Virus record (IMG/VR): IMGVR_UViG_3300032287_003113 | Span: 155,880 to 219,879 of that record | DNA: 64,000 nt | Direction: 5' to 3' (one strand) | Shown here: positions 54,515-63,408 of the stretch, in pieces | How positions within the stretch are numbered: position 1 is the stretch's first letter | Layout: each line of letters starts with the position of its first letter | Notes under the pieces: model-generated | Databases searched by the model: none | Told to the model about the DNA's origin: nothing | The model's input: the letters and a program-made list of their open reading frames with translations, nothing else | Program-made: the position numbers and the translations under genes

Positions 54515-55139
54515 AGTAAAATTGTGTTTGATTGATAAAATTGTAGTCCTCTTGGAATCTAGCAACTACTTTGGCTTTTAATGTAAAATCGTCCAGTATC
54601 CTATTTTTTATAAATTTAGTTACGACTTGTTGATCGTAATGATCTTCGGAAACATTTGACTCAACCGGGGCTACGGTGAAAGGTTGTGAGATGCAAGCAC
54701 CCATATTGTCAATCACACACCGATCTAGTTTAAAATATGTAACAGGTACGCCTGGCAATAGTTGGTCGAGTTGTTTGATAAATCTAATCTGCGGTGTGGT
54801 ATGATCATCAACGATCAAGGTTTCAAACAACAGCCGTTCAGATAAATTATTATAGTGTTCAATAAAGTGATCACTTCCATACCCCGGTCCCAATATCCAA
54901 CTGCTAATATATGTACCAACTCCACTGACCCAACGATCAACAGGGTCTTTTAGCACAACCATTGCGTGTTCAATTCGATCACTGTCGTCACCTAATGTAT
55001 GATAGTGCCATCCATTGGCCAGTAGTGTGTTAGACAGATACGTACTGGCGTTTTTAGGAATATTTAGATAAAAGTTTTTTTTATCTGGACTACGCAATCC
55101 GCCATTTTCATGATAACCATGTCTAACTGCTTCACGCAT
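54501..55139 (-). CDS. Sulfotransferase-like protein (PAPS-dependent fold)
   Basis: NIPKNASTYL (5'-PSB-like), KDPVDRWVS (3'-PB-like), DHTTPQ. Confidence 0.6.
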   Translation of the reverse strand: MREAVRHGYHENGGLRSPDKKNFYLNIPKNASTYLSNTLLANGWHYHTLGDDSDRIEHAMVVLKDPVDRWVSGVGTYISSWILGPGYGSDHFIEHYNNLSERLLFETLIVDDHTTPQIRFIKQLDQLLPGVPVTYFKLDRCVIDNMGACISQPFTVAPVESNVSEDHYDQQVVTKFIKNRILDDFTLKAKVVARFQEDYNFINQTQFYYEPR

Positions 55140-55873
55140 TACTTGGTTTGTGCTGGCAACATGTATTTGTAAACAGCCAAACCTGAATCCACAGTGATTT
55201 CAGCAACACCTTCATCACTGATCTTGAATGTTTTATCTCCGGGCAAGCTCAAAATACTATTGACAACTGCCACAGGCCAATTCAATTGTTTACTTAAACT
55301 GCCCGGTGTTGCGGCAAATGTAAATGATCCTGCATGGCTGCTGGCTTCGCCAAAGAAAAACTTCAGTTCGCCATTTTCTGTTTTGCTTGAAAATGTGGTA
55401 GCATCTGAGTGTGCCATTGATTGAAACTTCAACTTCTGAATGCTCAGTGCTGTGGGAACAACTTCAACACCCCACTTGACTGGTTTCATCTTAACGTTCT
55501 TGAGTTGATCATTAATGACAGCAGTGGTCATAAATCGATATGAATTTTTAAAGTCTCCGCCTTTGTTTTCAAAGTTGATGCTGGCAGGAACATCTGTGCC
55601 GTCCGAATCTTTCTGTGTTGCTACAGCAAGTTTGGCACCTTCTTTGTATTCTGGAATGTTAAGAATAGTGTTGAGTCTATCCAAGTTGGGCATACCAAAC
55701 ACGCCAACAAACTCGGCAATGGGTGCTTTGAATTCTGCATTTAGCACTACTGTTTTGGTAGCTTGGTCAAAGGCATTGATAGCGGTGCCTTCTGCGGTGC
55801 CGGTAACTTTGAGCATACTAATAACGCCTAAGCCATAAGTGTGTTGTACAATATCTTTTAAATGATCAAACAT
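55139..55873 (-). CDS. Putative DNA polymerase sliding clamp (gp45-like)
   Basis: 244 aa, beta-rich repeating pattern, near the family B polymerase; no diagnostic motif. Confidence 0.45.
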   Translation of the reverse strand: MFDHLKDIVQHTYGLGVISMLKVTGTAEGTAINAFDQATKTVVLNAEFKAPIAEFVGVFGMPNLDRLNTILNIPEYKEGAKLAVATQKDSDGTDVPASINFENKGGDFKNSYRFMTTAVINDQLKNVKMKPVKWGVEVVPTALSIQKLKFQSMAHSDATTFSSKTENGELKFFFGEASSHAGSFTFAATPGSLSKQLNWPVAVVNSILSLPGDKTFKISDEGVAEITVDSGLAVYKYMLPAQTK

Positions 55874-55909
55874 TTTTTATTCTCCGTAAGTGTAGTAATT
55901 GTATAGTAG

Positions 55910-55915
55910 TATTTA
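55910..55915 (-). promoter_or_regulatory. Late-type promoter motif TAAATA
   Basis: Intergenic, about 37 nt upstream of the 55873 start. Confidence 0.5.
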
Positions 55916-55922
55916 GAAAAAG

Positions 55923-56873
55923 TCAATGGTCTCGTCTTTTTATTTCGCCTAATACCTGATGTGCTTTGACCGTTTCCAGTGTGCCAGGCCGTTTGAGTTC
56001 GATCCAACTGACTGTGGTTCCTTGACCATGTACGTCTTTGATGTAATATACCTCAAAACCCAAACTCTCACACATGGGTATCAACATGCTTTTTGGCATA
56101 TAACTCATCCAAAAACTTTCTGCATAGTTGGCACCGTCGACTAAGTCGCCGTTGTTATAACTAAACATAAAAATGCCACCCGGACGTAACAGTCCCTTGA
56201 CCGATTTTAAATATTCTTTTATAGTATCGAGACTGCGATAGTTTAGGAAATTCCAACAAAATACAAATCCAAATTGTCCCTGAGGCAATGCATCAAAATT
56301 GGTATCTTTGACAAGATATGGTCTTAGTCTGCGTTGATACTCATCTGGAAACTGACTGACTGTAGATTGTAAAAAATCTCTGTAGTGATCAGTGACATAT
56401 AACGGATCAGCAGCCACAATGTGTTTGGTCCACTCACCATCCCGGCATCCAATTTCTAGTGCTGGATATTTCCAATTGGTATTTAATTGTATGCGATTAT
56501 GAATTTCTGTTTGTAAAGATTCAGATAACTCCATCACCCGTAATTTTCGTATGTTGCTCACTGCCTCTTCTTCGACACGCAATTCTAATTCGTAGTTATT
56601 GGTAAACAAGTGAGCCGCTTCCACGTGTATCTGTTGATTTATTTTGTCGATGATGAGATCGAATCGAGACTGACTAAATTGTAAATCCTGGTGTAGTCTA
56701 GTAAAATCTCCAGTCAATTGATGGATTTCTGTTTGTACATCTGCCAATGGCGTTTCGTTGGCAATAGCACCAATGCGATTTTCTAAACTGTTAATACCCA
56801 AGGTAATGTCGTGAGTCGTGTACTCTGATTTTAACAGCTCTCGGATTCGAACAAGTTCGGTTAATTTTTTCAT
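55923..56873 (-). CDS. Class I SAM-dependent methyltransferase with N-terminal coiled coil
   Basis: ALEIGCRDG, FGFVFCWNFLNY, LLRPGGIFMFSY. Confidence 0.75.
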   Translation of the reverse strand: MKKLTELVRIRELLKSEYTTHDITLGINSLENRIGAIANETPLADVQTEIHQLTGDFTRLHQDLQFSQSRFDLIIDKINQQIHVEAAHLFTNNYELELRVEEEAVSNIRKLRVMELSESLQTEIHNRIQLNTNWKYPALEIGCRDGEWTKHIVAADPLYVTDHYRDFLQSTVSQFPDEYQRRLRPYLVKDTNFDALPQGQFGFVFCWNFLNYRSLDTIKEYLKSVKGLLRPGGIFMFSYNNGDLVDGANYAESFWMSYMPKSMLIPMCESLGFEVYYIKDVHGQGTTVSWIELKRPGTLETVKAHQVLGEIKRRDH

Positions 56874-59533
56874 TATTCAAAACTAAACAAATCATCAAAG
56901 GTTGTTTTAATATCTGTTGATTCAGCAATACGCCACTCTAGCACACCCAACAAGTTCTCTACCTTTTGATCCACAATGGTTGATTCCATTGTGCTATCAT
57001 CGAATGGCAAGTCTTTGAACCACTGCGGTATATGAGTTTCGTCTGTGGGATAGCCCACAGACGTATATCCCACTGGATTGTCTTTGAGTTTACACACGAT
57101 GGTTTTCATACCGTCTACGATGGTTGTTGAATAGTTGTCGCCATGCATACGCTTTAGGTTGTTCCAGTTCATTGCGGCTCTAACGTGTCCGGGCATGTTG
57201 GCTTTGCCCAGACGTGCTTCTTCGGCCGCATATTTGGTCAGGTTGTTCACACGTTTGGGTGTGCCTTTTTCCCAGGCTGGTCTGGTAGCAAACAATAACT
57301 TGAATTCTTTGACTTTTTCAATAACAGCTTCTCGGCCGGCACCTGTTAACACATCCATGAGTAGCTCACTCAAGAAGTCTTGTACTACCTTGGGTGTATC
57401 TGATCGCTTGAGATCCAAGCCCATGGCCTTCATCTTGCCTGGCTTGCCGTGTGTGTCTAGTCGCACACCTTCCATGTCAAAGATCAATACACCATAACGT
57501 TTCTTTTTGATAAACAAGCCCTTACTTGCAATAAGTTCACGACCGGCTGCAATAATGGCACCCATCTCTCTAGGACAATGACAAGCACGTTCCATGAATG
57601 CTGGGAAACTGGCATTTACTGAGTCGGCAATGGTATCATATAACTGCACACAGATTTCTCTGCTCCATTCCATGCGACCTGCGGCTACTTCCTCTTTGAT
57701 TTGCGGCCAGGCTGAGAAATAGACCGAGTCCGTGTCGCCGTAGATGATACTTGCGCCAACGTGGTCATACTGGCCGGTAATAGCTTCATTGACGTGTGCG
57801 TCCATGTGCTTTGCAATGATCCGGCCCGTAAGCGTCGTAGATTGGCCAATCCTTTGATCAAAGAAGCGGCAACCCGGGTTAAGGATCGCCCCGTAAAGTG
57901 AGTTAAGGTTAATTTTTTTAACGAGTTGCCGCTTGTCCCAGAACGCTTGATCTTCCTTAGATGTTGCGGTTTTCTTCTTAGCTTGCATTTCCTTACGTTC
58001 AGCATACCATCTCTCCAATAGGCCAGGGATAATACCCTTGACATCATATTTAAATATTGTGCCATTGGCACTCAAAGTCCATGGCTGACGACTGTCAAAT
58101 ATCAAGCGCCATACATCTGCGGCACTCATTACATCCGAACCACCCTGTTCCCAGTCTACAGTAATCTCAGTGCCTGGTTCCATGTTCATCACTGCTTGAT
58201 ACTCTAGGGTACCAAACATGTTTTCCCAGGCATCAGCAAAGCTCGATCCACTCGCCAGCTTTTCTTGGATGTAGTGGTCGGTCATTACAGTTCTTAACTG
58301 ACCAACGACCGTTTCTGGTCCCATGTTAAGAGCACGGATCGCTGACGGGTAGAGACTGTTAAGGTCGATCGCTCCGATGTATTCGTGCATGCCTTTTTTG
58401 GGGTAAGCAACGTAGGCACCTGCCGCTTGTGTGTCACCTTGATCATCTCTGCTTCTCCTGTTAGGTACTACTAGCCCACGGCTGTGAGCCTCATTGATAA
58501 TGGCTTGTTCGGTAACTGCCACAGCACCCATGGTGGTTTGCAGTAGCACAGTATTGTCATGTGCTAGTTCATTAGCCAAGTCTAAGAAGCGTAGTTTCTT
58601 ATCTAACTTGGCAAGAATCATTGTGTCTTGGCGATTGTAGTCAATGAACTTGGGAAAGTCTTTGTTGTACAGTTGATCCAAGGTGCCTTCGTACTGTGTC
58701 TTGCGGTCACCCAGTTCGTATTCGGCAATGGCATCCAGGCTATAACTGTGACGTTCTTCATAAGTGTATTTGCGATACAGTTGCATGTAGTCTAAGTGAA
58801 CACGACCCAGCAAGTCAAAGGTCAAGTTCTCTGCACCAAAGCGTTCAAACACACGTTGCTTGGGCAGTTGCCCCCACAAGCATAATCTACGTGTGTCGTC
58901 CTTGCTGAGAACTCTAGTGATACGCATTGTGGTATAAGGAATATCGAAGCCCTCACTGTTCCATCCCGACAAGATATCTGCATCTTCAATCAGGTCAAGG
59001 AATGTGTTGAGCATGTCCTCTTCTCGTTCAAACAAAAAACAGTTGTCATATTGAGCACAAATTTCTTCAGCAGTTTGCCAACTGTAACTCTTGGGCGGAA
59101 CCACCAGCGTGACCATTTTGTCCATCCAGTCCATGTAGACTGAGACAGCAGTGATAGCGTTAAAGGGATCTTCAGGTTTTGAATAGCCTCTAAGTGGATC
59201 AAAGTCCACCTCAATGTCAAAAAAGGCTGTTTGTAGTTTTGGCGAGTCTACGCCTAGATAATTTTCTTCAAGACAACGGAAGATGGGATTGATATCTGAC
59301 TCCCATAGTCGCTTGTTACCGTTGATGCGTTGCTCTTTGTGGAACTCTTTGCCGTTTTTTGTGGCAAAGCGTGTGACAGGCGTGTCAAAGATTGTGCGGA
59401 ATTTTCCTCTGGGGTCATCGTAGTAGAACACATAGTTGGCCGGATACTCAGTATAAATTCGTTCTCCGTTCACACGTTCTACCACGTGTATGCGATCTTT
59501 GTCGCGATCAAACAATGCATCTATATAACTCAT
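56873..59533 (-). CDS. polB: Family B DNA polymerase with 3'-5' exonuclease
   Basis: FDIEVD, GWNSEGFDIPY, DLNSLYPS, KINLNSLYG, YGDTDS, KKRY; start ATG 59533 (GGAG SD). Confidence 0.97.
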   Translation of the reverse strand: MSYIDALFDRDKDRIHVVERVNGERIYTEYPANYVFYYDDPRGKFRTIFDTPVTRFATKNGKEFHKEQRINGNKRLWESDINPIFRCLEENYLGVDSPKLQTAFFDIEVDFDPLRGYSKPEDPFNAITAVSVYMDWMDKMVTLVVPPKSYSWQTAEEICAQYDNCFLFEREEDMLNTFLDLIEDADILSGWNSEGFDIPYTTMRITRVLSKDDTRRLCLWGQLPKQRVFERFGAENLTFDLLGRVHLDYMQLYRKYTYEERHSYSLDAIAEYELGDRKTQYEGTLDQLYNKDFPKFIDYNRQDTMILAKLDKKLRFLDLANELAHDNTVLLQTTMGAVAVTEQAIINEAHSRGLVVPNRRSRDDQGDTQAAGAYVAYPKKGMHEYIGAIDLNSLYPSAIRALNMGPETVVGQLRTVMTDHYIQEKLASGSSFADAWENMFGTLEYQAVMNMEPGTEITVDWEQGGSDVMSAADVWRLIFDSRQPWTLSANGTIFKYDVKGIIPGLLERWYAERKEMQAKKKTATSKEDQAFWDKRQLVKKINLNSLYGAILNPGCRFFDQRIGQSTTLTGRIIAKHMDAHVNEAITGQYDHVGASIIYGDTDSVYFSAWPQIKEEVAAGRMEWSREICVQLYDTIADSVNASFPAFMERACHCPREMGAIIAAGRELIASKGLFIKKKRYGVLIFDMEGVRLDTHGKPGKMKAMGLDLKRSDTPKVVQDFLSELLMDVLTGAGREAVIEKVKEFKLLFATRPAWEKGTPKRVNNLTKYAAEEARLGKANMPGHVRAAMNWNNLKRMHGDNYSTTIVDGMKTIVCKLKDNPVGYTSVGYPTDETHIPQWFKDLPFDDSTMESTIVDQKVENLLGVLEWRIAESTDIKTTFDDLFSFE

Positions 59534-59540
59534 AACTCTC

Positions 59541-59592
59541 CAATGTGTGCCGCTTTGAGCCGACACTTGCTCTACATGCTGATTAAGTCAGC
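59541..59592 (-). promoter_or_regulatory. Two hairpins in the polymerase 5' leader (translational operator candidate)
   Basis: GCUGA/UCAGC hairpin and a CAAGUGU.../...ACACAUUG hairpin ending at the GGAG SD. Confidence 0.4.
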
Positions 59593-59602
59593 GACTCTGT
59601 AT

Positions 59603-59631
59603 ATTATACTATCTTACTTATCGTTTAGCAA
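59603..59631 (-). promoter_or_regulatory. Sigma70 promoter for the polymerase
   Basis: TTGCTA-17-TATAAT. Confidence 0.65.
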
Positions 59632-60139
59632 GAGCAATATCAAAAGAAATTGCCCGTCGTGTGCCAACAAATTCACATTTTGGAACCGAATGTCTAATAT
59701 GACTGGGCCATATTAAAAGCATGCCTGCTGTGGGATTTATGATATGTATTTTGGTATCATTGTGAAACTGTATCGGTCCAGATCCTGTGGGAATTTCTAC
59801 ATAGTAAGTACCGCTGAAATGGCATTCATCGTGCTGATGTGGAGCATGACACAACTCAGCAGTCATAGCAAACGGCCAGATGCCAATCAGCACTGACCGT
59901 TGGGAAAAATTATTATATTGTTGTTGTAAAAATATATTAACGTGGGTGTTGATAAAATTTACAAATGGATTATTTTGATACAGTTGATCAATTTGATCAA
60001 TGTTGTTGGCATTTCTTAGACCACGTAGTTCGTTAGTCCAATTTAAATCTGCTGTGCCATTGAACCAAGACTGTGCATAGTTTACAAAATCTTGATCCTG
60101 ACATTCGTACAACCAGTCATCAAACACCTGATGCAACAT
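59618..60139 (-). CDS. 2OG-Fe(II) oxygenase-like protein (TIGR02466-type)
   Basis: PHQHDECHFSGTYYV...PTAGMLLIWPSHIRHSV...R.AISF. Confidence 0.65.
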   Translation of the reverse strand: MLHQVFDDWLYECQDQDFVNYAQSWFNGTADLNWTNELRGLRNANNIDQIDQLYQNNPFVNFINTHVNIFLQQQYNNFSQRSVLIGIWPFAMTAELCHAPHQHDECHFSGTYYVEIPTGSGPIQFHNDTKIHIINPTAGMLLIWPSHIRHSVPKCEFVGTRRAISFDIALAKR

Positions 60140-60444
60140 TAGGTGGTTTTAATAATAAATCTAATCAGTCCAATGGCATCTATAAAAATAAGAAATGCAT
60201 AATTGGCCAATAGACCAAAACTGCCTCGTGTCCAGCAGGTCCAAGCTGCCGCTGCACAACCAGCAATAAAAATACTGTATAAGGGAATGACAGGAATTTC
60301 TGGAACACTTACAGCAAAGATAATGGCACTGACTACACTACAGGTCCAACTAAAAACTTCAGCACAAAAACGCAAAGGCCACTCGTGGTAGTCTTTTTTT
60401 ATGTAGTCCCAGGTAGCGTAGATCCAGTCGCCGAACGGAAACAT
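60139..60444 (-). CDS. Small membrane protein
   Basis: Three hydrophobic segments. Confidence 0.65.
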   Translation of the reverse strand: MFPFGDWIYATWDYIKKDYHEWPLRFCAEVFSWTCSVVSAIIFAVSVPEIPVIPLYSIFIAGCAAAAWTCWTRGSFGLLANYAFLIFIDAIGLIRFIIKTT

Positions 60445-60704
60445 TAAAGTGTTTTACCTACAGTTTCAAGAATTGTGTTTAATTCTTCGTGATCGTTGTT
60501 GGTTTCACCTAGTTTGGATTTTTGGGCAATCTTGATAGCCTTCTTCAAGATAGCTGGTTTGATTTCCATTTCTTCAGCAATAGCTTTTACTGTGTCTGAT
60601 AGACCGGCATTGAGGTCCTCAATTTCTTGTAGCACAGCCATACCTTCGTTGATGATTTGGGTTAATTTGGCTTTTTGCTCATTGCTAAACATACGTGTTG
60701 ACAT
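60444..60704 (-). CDS. Putative dsDNA-binding protein (T4 DsbA-like)
   Basis: Helical pattern EIEDL...VKAIAEEMEIKPAILKKAIK; AGGAG SD. Confidence 0.5.
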   Translation of the reverse strand: MSTRMFSNEQKAKLTQIINEGMAVLQEIEDLNAGLSDTVKAIAEEMEIKPAILKKAIKIAQKSKLGETNNDHEELNTILETVGKTL

Positions 60705-60728
60705 TTGAATCTCCTAGTTGAAAAACAT

Positions 60729-60757
60729 ATTATATACTACTTATTTTGATAAAGCAA
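60729..60757 (-). promoter_or_regulatory. Sigma70 promoter
   Basis: TTGCTT-17-TATAAT. Confidence 0.65.
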
Positions 60758-60785
60758 GAGTGTTTTGGAAAAGTTGCTCACTTTA

Positions 60786-60873
60786 AACATACATTCCGGG
60801 GCACGACTCCCAAATATGTTAGCCCAGCAGCCGGGCATACACTAGTAACGCATAACGTCCTAAGGTAGTGTAT
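60786..60873 (-). ncRNA. Candidate structured RNA, three abutting hairpins
   Basis: AUACACUA/UAGUGUAU, GCCCGG/CUGGGC, AACAUA..GGG/CCC..UAUGUU; folded by eye. Confidence 0.35.
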
Positions 60874-61516
60874 TCGGTTTAATTTCTGATTTTTCGTACA
60901 TGACTGTGTCAGTGTCACCCAGGGCCCATTTGGCGTCTGTTTCCACACTCCATCTACGAGTGGCCACACGAAAGTCTGGCTGTTTGAGTTCTCGAGGATT
61001 GCTACTGGGTTCTAATATGATTAGTCTGTTGTTGGGTTGTGCGGCAAACTGTCCGTTATTACAGCGTATGAAATTGTAGCTCTTGTGATCTTCCACATCC
61101 TCTGAGAAGCCAGTATCAAGTGTGTTAAAGTCTGGATGTGCTGAGTCCACAGTAAACATGTATTCGCCTGACATCCAGGCTCCATTCTTGAGTTTGAACT
61201 TGCAACGCATACTTTGTAGTTGTGCTTTTTTGATCACAGTGATATCGTAACTGAGACAGTCCCATAACTGTAGGTAATCCAACGGTAGTGGTTCACCCTC
61301 TATGGGTTTCCAGCAGTAGGCATGTAAGGGTAGCTTGTCATAGAGTGCACCATACTGGTTGAGATAGCTTTCAATACGAAATGCTTGACCACGCAGGCTT
61401 TTGATTGACACCCACCACACAGGTTCTAATTCACCGTGACCTTGCTCAAAATCATACAAAAACTCTCTACGAACAAAACATTTTACAGCGGGTAAGTTAG
61501 CTACTATGTGACTCAT
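60860..61516 (-). CDS. Hypothetical protein
   Basis: 218-aa ATGA-coupled ORF. Confidence 0.7.
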   Translation of the reverse strand: MSHIVANLPAVKCFVRREFLYDFEQGHGELEPVWWVSIKSLRGQAFRIESYLNQYGALYDKLPLHAYCWKPIEGEPLPLDYLQLWDCLSYDITVIKKAQLQSMRCKFKLKNGAWMSGEYMFTVDSAHPDFNTLDTGFSEDVEDHKSYNFIRCNNGQFAAQPNNRLIILEPSSNPRELKQPDFRVATRRWSVETDAKWALGDTDTVMYEKSEIKPNTLP

Positions 61517-62289
61517 TCACAGTTCCAACGACGTCGTGCCTTGCAAATAGCTTTGTCTGGAGTTTTAGCACACGAAATGTTGTGCATGTTCATTTGACCC
61601 TTGCTACGTGAGCAATAGCTCTTACGACGTTTTGAGGCTTTGCCGCCCTTCTTTAACTTGCTGGGTTTAGTAGTCACAGCAGTCTTTAATTTTGAACCTG
61701 GATTTTCTCTACGATAGGCTTTGACAGCTTTGCGACTCATGCCATCTGTTCGATCTTTCTTATTGGCCTTTTGCCAATCTTCCATAACTGGAACAGTAGT
61801 TGCAAACACATACAATTCATCATCAGTTAAACTCTCTAGGTCTTCCCAGATCACTTCTGAGTCTACGCCATTGCGTTCAGCGAGATTGTCGATGATTGAT
61901 TCAATAAGATCAAACTCTTCATTTACTGTATCAACTATACCGTTTTCATGTTGACTAATCATATAGTCCATAACATTAACAATCATTCCTTTGGCTTGTG
62001 CTATCTTAGCTTGGCACCACTCTGGCAAATTTTCATCATCATGTATAGCTTTTTCTAAATGGGTACTAACTCTTTGAATAGTTTGTAGATCATTTTTAAA
62101 CATGCCGGCTTCGTCGTTATATTCTCTATCGAAGTTTTCGTCTACGCTTTCAGCTGGCACACAGTTGTTGACTCTAACTCCGCCCTTGACCTTGGTCTTG
62201 GGGTTGCCAATCTTCTTGCCCTTCCAACACTTGGGATCCAAGCGTGTTTTGGTAGCTTTAGCTTCTGTTATAAATTCATTAGATTTCAT
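61513..62289 (-). CDS. Modular basic/acidic protein, probable virion-internal precursor
   Basis: MKSNEFITE leader; modules bounded by hydrophobic-x-E; CWKG..NCVP and RRKSYC..RRRWNC modules; start ATG 62289. Confidence 0.55.
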   Translation of the reverse strand: MKSNEFITEAKATKTRLDPKCWKGKKIGNPKTKVKGGVRVNNCVPAESVDENFDREYNDEAGMFKNDLQTIQRVSTHLEKAIHDDENLPEWCQAKIAQAKGMIVNVMDYMISQHENGIVDTVNEEFDLIESIIDNLAERNGVDSEVIWEDLESLTDDELYVFATTVPVMEDWQKANKKDRTDGMSRKAVKAYRRENPGSKLKTAVTTKPSKLKKGGKASKRRKSYCSRSKGQMNMHNISCAKTPDKAICKARRRWNCE

Positions 62290-63356
62290 TTTTTCTTTCC
62301 TGATTTCATGTTGGCACACCAGTGGTACATCTTGGCACGTTCACCCGATGCATTCTTTGCTTTCTTACGTAAACTAGTCACACTTCCCGAACAACTGGCA
62401 CCTGCACGTTTTACACGACCCGGGCGACTTTTACCTTTTACTTTACCGTCGTGAAAGTTTTCGGCCATACCACCGCCATCTCCACCTTCACCGCCAGTGC
62501 TGTCCGATGTACCCCACCAAGGATATCCAACATAGTAACCGCCACGAGACTTGCGTTTCTTTTTGCGTGCCTCGGCTACATTGTAAGTTGGGTCTGTTTT
62601 TTGACGCGGCATTCCCTTGGGTTGTTTAGGGTCAACAGGATCAATATCGGTTGTGGTAAGACCAGTTTTCTTTAGGGCATCAATGTACTTGTGTTCCTCT
62701 TCCTCACTGCCAAACGAAAAAATAGTACTGGGAGGACCCTTGCCAAAGTCATGTTTGCCTAGCCCTTTAAGATTTGCAATGTGCGTTCCAAGTTTGTACC
62801 AATCATACACATCTGATACGTCTACTCTCACAGTACCTGCTGGCATAGTAGGTTTAAACTCAGGGCCGGGTGGCGGGCCATTAGGATCGTAATCTTCGTC
62901 TAGGAATGTGTCGGCCAGTCGTTTACACAACTCACGCAGTTTTTCATTGCCGGTTTCAATGCTGTCATCACCTTCCTGTGTGGGATCTTTGTATCCCGAG
63001 TACACATGTTCAATGCCGTATTCAGCAATTAGGGCTTCGCAACTTTCTCCTGACCGTTCATCCATGGGACGATTGCAAGGACTTAGCGTAGTAACAATGA
63101 TACATTCTGACGTAACGTTGTCACAACGTTCTAAGGCAGCACGTTCTGCGTGTACTCTACGTCCATTCGGGGCTTGGTAGTTGACGCCGTAGACAAGTTG
63201 ACCGTCGGGACATACCACACAGGCTCCAACCATGCCGTAAAACTCTGAGTCGGCGGCCTGGCCGTTGAGCACTATCTCGCAACAACGTGCCAGTATGCTA
63301 TCTAATTCTTCTCTAGGATCGTTAGACGGGGCTGTAAGGATTTCTTGGATTATCAC
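62286..63356 (-). CDS. Modular protein with an N-terminal RibD-like zinc deaminase domain
   Basis: VGACVV..G, HAERAAL, TLSPC-x11-C-EALI..GI..V; followed by low-complexity and basic modules. Confidence 0.7.
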   Translation of the reverse strand: MIIQEILTAPSNDPREELDSILARCCEIVLNGQAADSEFYGMVGACVVCPDGQLVYGVNYQAPNGRRVHAERAALERCDNVTSECIIVTTLSPCNRPMDERSGESCEALIAEYGIEHVYSGYKDPTQEGDDSIETGNEKLRELCKRLADTFLDEDYDPNGPPPGPEFKPTMPAGTVRVDVSDVYDWYKLGTHIANLKGLGKHDFGKGPPSTIFSFGSEEEEHKYIDALKKTGLTTTDIDPVDPKQPKGMPRQKTDPTYNVAEARKKKRKSRGGYYVGYPWWGTSDSTGGEGGDGGGMAENFHDGKVKGKSRPGRVKRAGASCSGSVTSLRKKAKNASGERAKMYHWCANMKSGKKK

Positions 63357-63408
63357 TGTTGTCGCCTTCGGCTTGTTCGGGGTATACTGGATATTCGTTT
63401 GGGTTCAT
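63322..63408 (-). CDS. 28-aa acidic Pro/Tyr-rich peptide MNPNEYPVYPEQAEGDNSDNPRNPYSPV (not in ORF track)
   Basis: ATG overlaps the upstream TGA (ATGA); fills the 63356-63405 gap. Confidence 0.55.
   Translation of the reverse strand: MNPNEYPVYPEQAEGDNSDNPRNPYSPV

Noticed and set aside
20356-59533. Introns or inteins in thyA or the DNA polymerase
   Set aside because: Both ORFs are continuous and of normal length; thyA has only a short insert with no splicing or homing-endonuclease motifs
60822-60836. HDV-like (theta) ribozyme suggested by GCCCGGCUGCUGGGCUAAC
   Set aside because: No P3/L3 or P1.1 nested double pseudoknot could be built, and there is no adjacent tRNA
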